This document shows positions 28,421 to 38,886 of a stretch of 64,000 bases of DNA, in pieces (position 1 is the stretch's first letter; the number at the start of each line of letters is the position of its first letter). Under the pieces are notes generated by a model. The model saw nothing but the letters and a program-made list of their open reading frames with translations, had not been told where the DNA came from and did not search any database. The position numbers were made by a program, and so were the translations under genes. Where the stretch lies: the NCBI GenBank assembly GCA_048939995.1, contig JBHLOY010000001.1:224001-288000 (forward strand). The letters are read 5' to 3'. Origin of the DNA: Promethearchaeota archaeon. Its GTDB lineage: Archaea > Asgardarchaeota > Lokiarchaeia > Sigyniarchaeales > SOKP01.

Positions 28421-29902
28421 TTATTTATTTATTATATTTAGAATTTCAGAAGTGCTCACTCTAAATTGATCCATAGAATCTCTATTTCGAATTGTGACTG
28501 TGTTATCTTCAAGAGATTGATAATCTATAGTTATGCAAAATGGAGTTCCTAATTCATCTTGTCTACGATATCTCTTTCCAATAGAACCTGATTCATCATA
28601 AAAAGATTTAATACGATGCTCAAGCAAATTTCGATGAATTTTTAAGGCTAGATTTCTTATGTTTTCCTTGTTTTTTACTAATGGAAAGACTGCTATAGTA
28701 TTAGGTGCTAATTCCTTCTCTAATTTTAGATTTATTCTGCCATCTTCTACATTGAATGCATTTTCCAGTAATGTATACATAATTCGATCGATTCCAAAAG
28801 CGATTTCAAGAATTTGTGGTATTTCTTTTATATTTGGATCGAGCCCCATACTTACTTTGAAATCTTGTTTTGAATATTCTGCATGTCTTTGTAAATCGTA
28901 ATCAGTTCGATCATGAACACCACAGATCTCAACCCACCCAAATTGATTAGTTTTTATTTCTAAGTCCCAAGCATCATCAGCATAGTGAGCCCTCTCATGT
29001 GGGGAGTGTTGTCTATATCTTATTGAGTTATCAGGAATTCCTATTTTCTGTGTTAAATAGTAGCCCAAAAAGAGACAATATGCGAAAGCAGGTTTCTTAA
29101 TTATTCCATTTTTTATTGCTTGTTCAAGAGAGATTAATTTTGGAGCTTCCAACTTTTTTTCTTGAAGTTTCCAATCTAAAAGGGGTAATTTGTTATTTTC
29201 TACCTCTCGATAATCTTCAAAATCCATTTCTTGCTCTTTACCTATAAATAATTGAAGTTCGAGTTGATCAAAAGCCCTCATTCTTAATATTAATTGTCTT
29301 GGAGAGATTTCATTTCTATATGCTTTTCCAAATTGATATATCTTAATGGGATATTGCCTTCTAGCATCTTGGTTTAATCGATTGAAAAGTAAGTATGTTG
29401 TAGTAGCAGTTTCAGGCCTTAAGTATGCAATTGAATCATTTCCGATTACAGTTTTAAGCATTAAATTATATTCTTCAATTTTTTGAAAAGCTTTACCACA
29501 TTTTGGGCATGAGATGTTATTCTTTTTTATTAAATCTTCCATTTTTTCTATTGAGAGGCCGTCAATCATAGTTCCCGGGAGAACATCTTGAAGTAAATTA
29601 TCTACCCTATAGAGAGAATTGCAATCTTTACATTTTACTACTGGATCTATAAAACGGTCTAGATGGCCTGAAGCACTCCATACGATTTCAGGCATAATCG
29701 TAGGGCATTCAACTTCTCCAAATCCAAAATATCTCAATTCTCTTCTAAACATTGACAAGATATTGTTTTTTAATTCCATTCCCGCCGGACCATATGAATA
29801 AAAACCAGCTAAACCACCATAAATCTCGGGACTGGGGCCCCATATGAATCCTCTTCGTTTTAATAATGAATTAAAAGTTTCGATATTATCATCTATTTTC
29901 AT
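28421..29902 (-). CDS. glyS: Glycine--tRNA ligase (archaeal/eukaryotic alpha2 type)
   Basis: KRRGF..PSPEIYGG, ASGH, YLRPETA, GKAYRNEISPR, ERAHYA, RTDYDL, FGIDR, SIGKRYRRQDELGTPFCITID. Confidence 0.96.
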   Translation of the reverse strand: MKIDDNIETFNSLLKRRGFIWGPSPEIYGGLAGFYSYGPAGMELKNNILSMFRRELRYFGFGEVECPTIMPEIVWSASGHLDRFIDPVVKCKDCNSLYRVDNLLQDVLPGTMIDGLSIEKMEDLIKKNNISCPKCGKAFQKIEEYNLMLKTVIGNDSIAYLRPETATTTYLLFNRLNQDARRQYPIKIYQFGKAYRNEISPRQLILRMRAFDQLELQLFIGKEQEMDFEDYREVENNKLPLLDWKLQEKKLEAPKLISLEQAIKNGIIKKPAFAYCLFLGYYLTQKIGIPDNSIRYRQHSPHERAHYADDAWDLEIKTNQFGWVEICGVHDRTDYDLQRHAEYSKQDFKVSMGLDPNIKEIPQILEIAFGIDRIMYTLLENAFNVEDGRINLKLEKELAPNTIAVFPLVKNKENIRNLALKIHRNLLEHRIKSFYDESGSIGKRYRRQDELGTPFCITIDYQSLEDNTVTIRNRDSMDQFRVSTSEILNIINK

Positions 29903-30064
29903 TTTATCTCTATTCTCTTCTTGTATTGATTTTAGAAATTTTTAATTATATTTGTATTTTAAGAATTCAAGATATCTATTCTAATAATATAAATTTTTAT
30001 ATAACTAAAAGATAGTATTATTATAATTTAAGTTGAAATAACAAAATAATTATTACTGATAATT

Positions 30065-30916
30065 ATGATATTTCAAGATTTCCAATTTTTTGATATTTGG
30101 GATGCAATTGAATCGGGATTATATTATGTAATAGTAGGATATTATTTTCTAATTTTTGCCTACTTCTTATTGATGAGATTTAGAACTTCAAAGAAATACT
30201 TTTGGTTATATTTTTCAATTTTATTTTTATGCTTAGCAGGTGGACGTGTTTTTTTCATAGTATATTATTTTTATGCACCCGAACTGGAAGGCTTTATTTC
30301 TAACACTGAACTTGTCAATTTATTAATGATAGAATATCGTTTAGCAACATTTTCAACCTGGTTAGGGATTGCTAGTTTAATGGGAGTATTTGGAATTCTA
30401 ATCTTTCCTCCACTAACTGGAGCTGAAGTAGCAACTAATAAAGAAGGATTTAAGGAAGATTTTAAAAGATTTACAGAGAATAAGAAAGTAAGATTTTTCT
30501 TCAAAATTTTTTTAATAATAATTCCAATCATAATAGGTATACTTGCTTTAACTCTACCAGATTCACTATTTATGGATCCAGACTTTGTAGATAGATATGG
30601 GGTTGATCCAAATAGTTTGGTGGTCATATTTGGATATCCTGCTGGAAGAGCTGTATTGAATTTCATTTTATTGCCTGTTTTTGTTGCAATCATTCCGTTC
30701 TTATTTATAAATCTTGCGATAAGGACTTTTGGTGTTCTGCGGAGATCTTATGCTTTAAATGCCATTGGGTTTCTTATTTATTTTATTGGTCGAATACTTC
30801 AAGGTGTTCTCGATACTTTCGAATGGCATCATGTAAGGGCGGTTTTACCTCCATTGCTTATATTACTTTCATTGTTAATTATCGTTATAGCCAATAACTA
30901 TGAACAATTAAGATAA
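30065..30916 (+). CDS. About 7-TM membrane protein of unknown function
   Basis: About seven hydrophobic segments and no soluble catalytic domain. Confidence 0.75.
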   Translation: MIFQDFQFFDIWDAIESGLYYVIVGYYFLIFAYFLLMRFRTSKKYFWLYFSILFLCLAGGRVFFIVYYFYAPELEGFISNTELVNLLMIEYRLATFSTWLGIASLMGVFGILIFPPLTGAEVATNKEGFKEDFKRFTENKKVRFFFKIFLIIIPIIIGILALTLPDSLFMDPDFVDRYGVDPNSLVVIFGYPAGRAVLNFILLPVFVAIIPFLFINLAIRTFGVLRRSYALNAIGFLIYFIGRILQGVLDTFEWHHVRAVLPPLLILLSLLIIVIANNYEQLR

Positions 30917-31005
30917 ATTTTTTCCTAAAAAAATAAAATTTTTAGTAATAATTAATTTGGTATTTTTAACCCCTATTATTAAATATAGTTCAAGAGGCTT
31001 ATTTT

Positions 31006-32637
31006 ATGTCAATTCATGGAAATCAATATATTTTACCGTTATTCAACACCCCACCAACTATAGCTCCAATTAAAGAAAATGATGAATTAGCTTTAGCATT
31101 TTATCTGTTATCGAAAAATCTACAACCTTATGAAAAGGCTATTTCCTTTTCAAGATTATTATGGCCTTTTTTGTGTATTCAAGGCGTAATTGGTACGCAT
31201 ATCATTTTGGATGGTATTAAGGTATTTATTAAAAAAGGAAAACTAACAAATCCACCACGTCAACCTCTAATTGGGCATATTCTAAGAAATATTGATAATA
31301 GATCAGAAATTGAGCAGTTAAATAAAATAAAAGAGATCTTAGTGTATAAAGATGTGGGTGCAGAGGAGATCGGAAAGGGAGAAGAGTCTGAGTTCCAAGA
31401 ACTTCAAATCAATGGTTTGGTTAACCCAGATTTTCTTCAATCGCTAGTACAACTCATCAATCTAGTAGAATACAAACCAGTTTCAGAATATATGCCATTA
31501 GATTATGGATTGTCTACCGAAGAAGCTTTGGATGTAGCTGATAAGTACAGAAATTTGATTGATTATATGAAAGGAAATGCATATAGATGGATTACTCAAA
31601 TAGAATTAATTGAGAGGGAGGTTGAAAAATGGTTGATAAACTTAAATGTTAAATTAAAGGATCTCAAAACTAGATTTACATCACAGATAACTAAAACATC
31701 TCAAATAATCGATGCTAATCAGATAAAAGAACTAATTGCTTTAGAGAGTGATAAAATTGACCAATGGAAGGTTAATGAAAAAAAAAACATAATCGAAAAT
31801 ATATCGGTTTTATTTAAAACAATAGAAAGACAGCTTGAAGAGATTATTAAAAAAAATAAATTATTTACTAATACAGAAACTTTGAAAACTAAAGTTTTTG
31901 AAGATATTACAGATTCTTTTGAAAATCATTTTGCCTTTTTATTAGATCAAGGTAATAAATTTTTGGAAGATGTAAATTCTCTTACTGCTAAATATATGGA
32001 ATTAAAAGAACGTACTTATCAAATTAATGAAGAAGCAAGGAAGAAGTTAGAAACTTTTTCAGAAGATTTAAATGTAAAATTAAGAGATAGAAATGAACAT
32101 CTCTCTGCTTTTGAGAAAGAAAAAGAAGAGAAAATTTCAGAAATTATGATTTTGAAAGGTCAGATTGAAGAATTATTTTCAGAATTGAAGATTATCATCC
32201 AAAACAAACAGGGAATATGTTTACAAGAAGCTAAAGATTTAATTGCTTGGTCCTTAAACGATGGGCAAGCAGAATTATTTTCTAGACCAATCCAATGGGT
32301 TTATATGCCATTATATGGCATGCTTATTGAAAATACGAATACTAATGAAGAAGCTTTGAAATTTGTATTTCCGGGTAACATTAAGGCAGATATTTCGAAT
32401 CTGTACACAGAATTATCAGATGCGATGAAAAGCTTGAACACTACAATTTCCGAAAAGATAGAAACTGATATGGCATTAAGATCTAATTTTGAATTTTCGT
32501 GCGAAAATAAAAATTTACTCAAGGATTTAAGCTTTATAAAAAAGATTCAACAAGGTGTTTCAATTTTAAGGGGAAATGGTATCATAGATAATCAGATTGA
32601 GGATAAAATAAGAGAAAAACTTAAATCATTAGACTAA
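31006..32637 (+). CDS. Coiled-coil protein with globular N- and C-terminal segments
   Basis: Residues about 170-410 are E/K/L-rich and helical with no Pro; flanking aromatic beta motifs SRLLWPFLCI and QWVYMPLYGM. Confidence 0.75.
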   Translation: MSIHGNQYILPLFNTPPTIAPIKENDELALAFYLLSKNLQPYEKAISFSRLLWPFLCIQGVIGTHIILDGIKVFIKKGKLTNPPRQPLIGHILRNIDNRSEIEQLNKIKEILVYKDVGAEEIGKGEESEFQELQINGLVNPDFLQSLVQLINLVEYKPVSEYMPLDYGLSTEEALDVADKYRNLIDYMKGNAYRWITQIELIEREVEKWLINLNVKLKDLKTRFTSQITKTSQIIDANQIKELIALESDKIDQWKVNEKKNIIENISVLFKTIERQLEEIIKKNKLFTNTETLKTKVFEDITDSFENHFAFLLDQGNKFLEDVNSLTAKYMELKERTYQINEEARKKLETFSEDLNVKLRDRNEHLSAFEKEKEEKISEIMILKGQIEELFSELKIIIQNKQGICLQEAKDLIAWSLNDGQAELFSRPIQWVYMPLYGMLIENTNTNEEALKFVFPGNIKADISNLYTELSDAMKSLNTTISEKIETDMALRSNFEFSCENKNLLKDLSFIKKIQQGVSILRGNGIIDNQIEDKIREKLKSLD

Positions 32638-32658
32638 TATACTTCTCTTCCTAAGATT

Positions 32659-33333
32659 ATGAATCCTAAAGAAACAAAATTCAGTAAAAAAGTAGTATTA
32701 AAGAGGAAATTTCTAAGATCTCTTTTTTTAAGTATTGAGAAAGATAAAGAAAAAGGTAAAGCCAGTGATCTTGAAAAACAAATTCTTGAAGAAGGTATGG
32801 TATATGTTCAGATGAGGCTGCCAGTAGATAAAATAACAAAAAAGTTTGAGAGTCAACTAAAAGAAAAAATAGAGCATAACATTTTCCATGCAAATATTAG
32901 AGAGGCTACCGAGAAAGACTTACAAACGATTGTTGATATCTATAATAAATCTTGGCTGACAGCGAATACACCGTTTAGACCAATAGCGAGGGAAACCATG
33001 AAAAAGATTTTTGCTGACTCCGACACTGTATTCTTAATTGCAAGAGTTTATGGAATAGATGGAGCTTTTGTTATTCTAGATTTTGAAGGTGAACATAATG
33101 AATATGGTATTATTGCAGGATTAGGAGTATTACCCCGCTTTCAAAGAAAAGGATTAGGAACTGTATTAGGGTTAGCAGCTTGGGAATACTTTAAGAATAA
33201 AGGTGTTAAAGAGCTTAGATGCGAGGTTTATAAAGGAAATGAAAGATCTTTCAATTTTATAAAAGGACTTAATTTTGAAATATATGGGGAAAAGGCTTAT
33301 CACAAAAGCGATTTTGAGTTAGAAAACACATAA
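32659..33333 (+). CDS. GNAT-family N-acetyltransferase (copy 1)
   Basis: IREATEKDL, LGVLPRFQRKGLGTVL (motif A), LRCEVYKGNERSFNFIKGLNF. Confidence 0.92.
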   Translation: MNPKETKFSKKVVLKRKFLRSLFLSIEKDKEKGKASDLEKQILEEGMVYVQMRLPVDKITKKFESQLKEKIEHNIFHANIREATEKDLQTIVDIYNKSWLTANTPFRPIARETMKKIFADSDTVFLIARVYGIDGAFVILDFEGEHNEYGIIAGLGVLPRFQRKGLGTVLGLAAWEYFKNKGVKELRCEVYKGNERSFNFIKGLNFEIYGEKAYHKSDFELENT

Positions 33334-33391
33334 GATTTTTTTAAAATCTGATTTTTTATTTAAACAGCCCATTTATTATCTATATTTGATA

Positions 33392-34042
33392 ATGTCAAAG
33401 TCAAGGATTAATTTTAAGAAGAGAAAAATTAGAAGTCTATTTTTAGCTTCAGATAAAAAAAAGGCGTGCAAAGAAGATCTCGAAAGTGAACTAACAGCAA
33501 AAGGTTTGGAATATATTCAGATGAGATTACCAATTCAAAAAATAACCCCAGAATTTGAAAATAAAATAAAAGAAAGGGTAGAAGGAAATATTCTTAAAGC
33601 AAAAATCCGAGAAGCTTCAGAAAATGACTTAGAAAGTGTTGTGTATCTACATAATAGGGCTTGGATGACATCAAATGAACCATTTTCACCTTTATCTATT
33701 GAGTCATTAAAGAATTTATTTGAATATCCTGAAATCAAAATTTTTATTGCTAAAGTATATGGTATTGACGCTGGATTTGTAATTCTAGATTTTGAAGGTC
33801 CAAATGATGAATATGGTATTATTGCAGGATTAGGAGTTCTTACTAGATTTCAACGTAAAGGATTGGGGACTGTATTAGGGATGGCAGTGTGGAACTATCT
33901 TAAGGAAAAAGGAATTAAAGAACTTAGATGTGAGGTTTATAAAGACAATCAAGTTTCATATAATTTTATTAAATCATTAGGATTCGAAGAATATGACACT
34001 AAAATTTATAAATGTGAAGATTTTGAAATAAATAATAGATAA
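33392..34042 (+). CDS. GNAT-family N-acetyltransferase (copy 2, tandem paralogue)
   Basis: IREASENDL, LGVLTRFQRKGLGTVL, LRCEVYKDNQVSYNFIKSLGF. ATG at 33392. Confidence 0.92.
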   Translation: MSKSRINFKKRKIRSLFLASDKKKACKEDLESELTAKGLEYIQMRLPIQKITPEFENKIKERVEGNILKAKIREASENDLESVVYLHNRAWMTSNEPFSPLSIESLKNLFEYPEIKIFIAKVYGIDAGFVILDFEGPNDEYGIIAGLGVLTRFQRKGLGTVLGMAVWNYLKEKGIKELRCEVYKDNQVSYNFIKSLGFEEYDTKIYKCEDFEINNR

Positions 34043-34061
34043 GTTTTGTAGGAGTACTATT

Positions 34062-35222
34062 TTGAAGGGGATTAATAGCATTGAGATAACTAAAGGAATT
34101 GCAGTTATCATTATCATATTTACAAATACAATAAACTATTGGTTAAATTATAGCATTGAATTCAGCTATTTCTTGAGTTTATTAATAACAATTTTTGAAT
34201 TATTTGGCTCTTCTTTATTAATATTTGTATTTTCATTTTCAATTATATTTGCTTTAAGGAAGAAAATGGGGATTTTCGCTGATAGAAAAAACCGCAATAA
34301 ATTGTTAAAACAATTTATTCTCTTAATTTTATTAGGTATTGCATATAACTTAATTTTCAATTATCTTGGAAATAGATCGATTGTATTTTGGGGTTGGAAT
34401 ATTTTAATTTTTGTTGGAGTTGGTCAAATTATATGCTATTATATATTTAAATTATTACGATGGGCGAGAATTGTAATTGGTATCATTATTATATTAATTA
34501 CACCATATATAAGAGAAGTCTTATTTTTTTGGAAGGAAAGTAATATCATAGTTTACTTTTTCCATCAAATTCTAGTATCTAGCACCCCAGTTTATCCATT
34601 TTTGCCTTTTGCTTCATTATGGTTTTTTTCAACTATTTTTTCCGAATTAATCTACGAATCTTTTCTCTTAGAGTCGGAAATAGCGCCATTAAATGCGGTA
34701 CGTTCAATTATTAAATACGCTTTTATCTTTATTATATTAAGTTTTATTTATTCTGCAATACAATTCCTCCCATTTATCGACTCATTTACTTATGATCCAA
34801 ATGCATATCCATTTATCGATAGCTTACCTATTCTAAGAGGAACGACCATCATTTATGTTCCAGGTATACCAGAAGCTCTAATAAAAGGAACTATTCAAAA
34901 TATTTTTTTCATAACTGGAACTTCTTTATTAATTATTGGTCTAACTTTTTATTTTAGGGAAATTAGAAAGAAAAAGAGTAAAATTTCCAATGTTTTAACT
35001 ATTTTTGGTAAGAGTGCTATAACTTTATTATTTTTTCAATGGCTTTTTTTACCATTATTCAATCAATTATTAACTTATTATATATATCTTCCAATTTCAC
35101 TGAGTTATGTAATCATTATTGGATTGATTATCTACTTATGGGAAAAAAATATTAATTTGAAATATAACATTGAATGGTTAATAAGAATAATAAGCAGAAA
35201 AGAAAATGAAGAAGTTATTTAA
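34062..35222 (+). CDS. Multi-pass membrane protein, probably DUF1624/HGSNAT-like transmembrane acyltransferase family
   Basis: INSIEITKGIAV resembles the family SIDxxRG motif; GWNILIFVG, YPFLPF, IFGKSAITL; about 10 TM. Confidence 0.6.
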   Translation: MKGINSIEITKGIAVIIIIFTNTINYWLNYSIEFSYFLSLLITIFELFGSSLLIFVFSFSIIFALRKKMGIFADRKNRNKLLKQFILLILLGIAYNLIFNYLGNRSIVFWGWNILIFVGVGQIICYYIFKLLRWARIVIGIIIILITPYIREVLFFWKESNIIVYFFHQILVSSTPVYPFLPFASLWFFSTIFSELIYESFLLESEIAPLNAVRSIIKYAFIFIILSFIYSAIQFLPFIDSFTYDPNAYPFIDSLPILRGTTIIYVPGIPEALIKGTIQNIFFITGTSLLIIGLTFYFREIRKKKSKISNVLTIFGKSAITLLFFQWLFLPLFNQLLTYYIYLPISLSYVIIIGLIIYLWEKNINLKYNIEWLIRIISRKENEEVI

Positions 35223-35228
35223 CTTTTT

Positions 35229-36647
35229 TCATTTCTTTTTCAATGATTTTATCTTCTCCGAAATTAAGTCAAGATTATATTGATCTTGCAAATCTTGATA
35301 GTATAACTGCGACCTATTAAAATAATTTGAAGCTTCTTGAAATTTATTGTTATCCAAACATAAATCTCCTAATTTGTTTAATATTTCTGCCGCTTGTTTT
35401 ATGTAATTTAAAGTTTCAAATATTTCTAATGCTTCTTCATAATATTCACGTGCTTTATTAGGATCTTGTAAGTGTGTGTTATAAATTCTGGCTGATTCAC
35501 TTTTTATTTCAGCAATTTTAACTTTATCTCCATATTTCTTATAGATATTACTTGCATAATTCAAAAATTCAATAGATTTCTTATCTTCTCCTTTAAGTAA
35601 ATATAATTGCGCTAAACTTTCTAAAATTATACCCTGGTTTATGTGATCTTCTTCTTCAAAAGTTCTAATTGCTTCTAAACTTCTAATCAAGTTAACCTCT
35701 GCCAATTCATCATTGTTCCATATGAGATTCAGTTTTCCTATATAAAGGTAACATTCCCATTCTAATTTAGCTTTCAAAAAGACAGATATTTTATCTCTTA
35801 TATTATCTATAAGCTCTAATGCATTATTAAAATATTGGTAAGATTCCTCATAATAAATTTCTCCAAGTAAATAATTTAATTTACCATATTTTATGAGAGT
35901 TTGAATCAAACCATATATATCTTGATTTTTTTCAAAAAATTCAGAATTTCTTCTTAGAATTTTTGAGATTCTATCATAATCTTTGAAATTAAAAAGAATT
36001 TCAACTAAATTACTAGCTGATTTTACAGCTTCTAATTCAAAGTGGTTTATTTCAGCTAAGGTTAAAGCTTCTTGGTAATATTCATATGATTTTTCTAAAT
36101 CCTTCAGAAGATAATATACATTTCCCAAATTGTTTAATACATGAACAATTTTCATGTTATCTTTGTTATTCTTGAGGATTGTTAGGGATTCCTCAAAATG
36201 AAAGATAGCCTGATCGAAGTATCCTCTTTCCTCGTGGATCAACCCTATTTCATTATGGCAGATTGCCACCTGAGGCAAATCTTTTTCTTCTATGAAATTT
36301 TTTAAGGCTAGTTCTAAATTTGAAAGGCTTTTTGAAAAATCTCTTACTTTATAATATAGGCTGGCTTTTTTTAATAATAATTTACCCATTATTTCTCCTT
36401 GAAGCTCTCTTTGCCTTAACTCATTATCAATCTCTAATAGTTTAAGTTCAATTTCTTTATCTTCTATCGAATTTTTATCGGGTTCTTGTTCAAAATCAGT
36501 ATAAAAATAAGATTTATCTTTATATGAGGAGGAAGAATCATCAAATAAAAAATCATCTAAGTTTGTAATTAATGGTTTTCCACATTTATGACAATATAGC
36601 CAATAACTTTCTATTAATTCCTTACAATAAGGACATGTATAAGTCAT
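35229..36647 (-). CDS. Zinc-ribbon plus tetratricopeptide repeat protein
   Basis: CPYC...YCHKCG at the N-terminus; long TPRs such as NEIGLIHEERGYFDQAIFHFEESL and NNLGNVYYLLKDLEKSYEYYQEAL. Confidence 0.88.
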   Translation of the reverse strand: MTYTCPYCKELIESYWLYCHKCGKPLITNLDDFLFDDSSSSYKDKSYFYTDFEQEPDKNSIEDKEIELKLLEIDNELRQRELQGEIMGKLLLKKASLYYKVRDFSKSLSNLELALKNFIEEKDLPQVAICHNEIGLIHEERGYFDQAIFHFEESLTILKNNKDNMKIVHVLNNLGNVYYLLKDLEKSYEYYQEALTLAEINHFELEAVKSASNLVEILFNFKDYDRISKILRRNSEFFEKNQDIYGLIQTLIKYGKLNYLLGEIYYEESYQYFNNALELIDNIRDKISVFLKAKLEWECYLYIGKLNLIWNNDELAEVNLIRSLEAIRTFEEEDHINQGIILESLAQLYLLKGEDKKSIEFLNYASNIYKKYGDKVKIAEIKSESARIYNTHLQDPNKAREYYEEALEIFETLNYIKQAAEILNKLGDLCLDNNKFQEASNYFNRSQLYYQDLQDQYNLDLISEKIKSLKKK

Positions 36648-36673
36648 CAGATATTAGAAAAAAGATAATTTCT

Positions 36674-37600
36674 TTATTTATAATTATTGTTACTTTTTAA
36701 TATCTCCTCAAAATCCTCCTTATTTAATCCAAGAGACCTTAAGAGAATTTTTAATTGCATGATTGCGTTTTTAGCATTTACTTGATTTGCCAAATGTAGG
36801 GCTTTGATAAACTTTCCTTGAGCTTTTTTAGCTTGACCTTGAAGAAATAGAATTTCTCCGACATAACTTAGACCTTTAATGATTAATTCTGAAAAGTTAC
36901 TTTTTGTAGCAAGATCTGTACCTTGTTTAAAATATTTCAAGGCTTCTATAAGCTTTTTTTCCTTCTTTTGAAGAATACCTAGATTAAATGTAGTTACAAT
37001 TATACCTTTATTATCTTTTAATCGTTTGAAAGCCTCTAATGATTTGAGATATAATTCGTTTAATATATCCCAATTTTCTTTCTTTTCATAAATATATATC
37101 AAGTTTCCTAAGCAATCTAATAAATTATAAATATCGTCATTATCTGAACAAATAGCACTACATTCTAAAAAGATCTCACATGCGTTATCTAATGTATTCA
37201 GTTTAATATAATTGTTTCCTATTCCTTTTAAACAAGTTATTTCCTCTTGAATTTGATTCAATTCTTTATAAATTTCGAAAGCTTCTGTATAAAATTCAAT
37301 TGATTTCTCATATTCATCTTTCTTATAAAATAAAACACCAAGTAATCCTAAAACAGCAGCTTGTCCTAATCTATCACGCTGATTTTTAAAATGTTTTAAA
37401 CACAATAACAAATTGTTTTCAGCTTCAGTGTAATTCTCCAACTCAATCTGAAGAAGTGCTAGATTACTTAATTCTTTGATATAGTTGGAATCTTTACCAA
37501 ATTTTTCTAATTCTTCAAGTTTATTTTTTGATTCCTCAACTAATTTTTCTATTTCCTCTTGATTCAGAGCAAAGTCTTTTCTAATGTAAATAGAACACAA
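36674..37600 (-). CDS. Tetratricopeptide repeat protein
   Basis: LGLLGVLFYKKDEYEKSIEFYTEAFEI, FNLGILQKKEKKLIEALKYF; about 40-aa TPR repeats. Start uncertain. Confidence 0.88.
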   Translation of the reverse strand: MCSIYIRKDFALNQEEIEKLVEESKNKLEELEKFGKDSNYIKELSNLALLQIELENYTEAENNLLLCLKHFKNQRDRLGQAAVLGLLGVLFYKKDEYEKSIEFYTEAFEIYKELNQIQEEITCLKGIGNNYIKLNTLDNACEIFLECSAICSDNDDIYNLLDCLGNLIYIYEKKENWDILNELYLKSLEAFKRLKDNKGIIVTTFNLGILQKKEKKLIEALKYFKQGTDLATKSNFSELIIKGLSYVGEILFLQGQAKKAQGKFIKALHLANQVNAKNAIMQLKILLRSLGLNKEDFEEILKSNNNYK

Positions 37601-37720
37601 TCACCATTAAAATATTGTTTAGTCTTTAATTTTTAATTTGAAACTAACGTTATGAACAAATAATTATAACATTCCTTAACTAATATTTATTTAATAAATG
37701 ATATTTGGTGTAAATTACTT

Positions 37721-38833
37721 ATGAAAAAGAAGGCTAGACTATGGGAAAAAATTGGAGATCATAAAGTAAAATGCCATGTATGCGCAAATGAATGTATTAT
37801 TACGTCTGGAAAGTTAGGAATTTGCCGTACTAGAAAAAATTTCGATGGTGAACTATTTACACTTATATATGGGTCATTAATATCTAAAGGTAGCTTAGAT
37901 CCCATAGAGAAAAAGCCACTCTACAATTTTTGGCCAGGTGCTATAGCTTACTCAATTGCATCTATAGGATGCTCATTTAGGTGTCAAAATTGCCAGAATT
38001 GGAATATCTCGCAGGCTACACCAAGTGATAATGGAAAGAATGGGCATTTTGACCTTGAAGGTTATAGAAATCGTGGAATTTCTTTAGTAGAGATGAAACC
38101 AGATGAGCTAGTAAAGAGAGTAGTAAATAGTGGAGCTAAGACTTTAGCATACACGTATAATGAACCACTAATATGGCATGAGTGGATTTTAGACACCACT
38201 AAACTATTAAAGGAAAAAGATATTAAAGTAATATTAGTTACTAATGGATATTCCACGCCTGAGGCTACAAAAGAATTGATTGACGTTGGAATAGATGCTG
38301 CAAATATTGACATTAAAGCGATGTCTGATAGTTTTTATAAGGAAATATGTGGAGTAAAATCTGTACAACCAGTTCTAGATACAGCAAAAAAGTTTAAAAC
38401 TGGTGGAATTCATGTAGAAATTACAAATTTAGTAATACCAAAATTAAATGATACTCAAGAGGATTTTAAGAAGTTATCTGAATGGTTGGTTGAAAACTTG
38501 GGAAAAGATACACCCCTCCATTTTTCAGCTTATCATCCTGACTTCAAAATGCCTTCAATGGAAAACACTCCATATCAAACCTTAAACCTTGCTTATAATA
38601 CTGCAAAAAAGTCTGGATTGAGTTATGTGTACGTAGGAAATATTTCTCATGAAAAAGGTGGAAATACATATTGTCCCAATTGTAACCATTTAATTATTGG
38701 TAGAAGAGGATATAGTTTTACTAATATGGATATTACTGACCATAAAAAATGCTCAAATTGTGGTTATGATTTAAATCAAGAGATTAAGGGAGAAATTAAT
38801 AGGAATTCTTCTCTTAGATTTAGCATCTTTTAA
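37721..38833 (+). CDS. amrS: AmmeMemoRadiSam-system radical SAM enzyme (PFL-activase-like)
   Basis: CHVCANEC..GIC, DPIEKKPLYNFWPG, GCSFRCQNCQNWNISQ, AYTYNEP, PLHFSAYHP, YVYVGN, TYCPNC...CSNCG. Confidence 0.92.
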   Translation: MKKKARLWEKIGDHKVKCHVCANECIITSGKLGICRTRKNFDGELFTLIYGSLISKGSLDPIEKKPLYNFWPGAIAYSIASIGCSFRCQNCQNWNISQATPSDNGKNGHFDLEGYRNRGISLVEMKPDELVKRVVNSGAKTLAYTYNEPLIWHEWILDTTKLLKEKDIKVILVTNGYSTPEATKELIDVGIDAANIDIKAMSDSFYKEICGVKSVQPVLDTAKKFKTGGIHVEITNLVIPKLNDTQEDFKKLSEWLVENLGKDTPLHFSAYHPDFKMPSMENTPYQTLNLAYNTAKKSGLSYVYVGNISHEKGGNTYCPNCNHLIIGRRGYSFTNMDITDHKKCSNCGYDLNQEIKGEINRNSSLRFSIF

Positions 38834-38886
38834 TTTTTTATAAAATAAATGAGAAAAAATAAGACTAAATATAAGAAAAAATTAAT

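Noticed and set aside
31006-32637. SMC/Rad50-type ATPase
   Set aside because: No Walker A/B, signature motif, hinge or CxxC hook.
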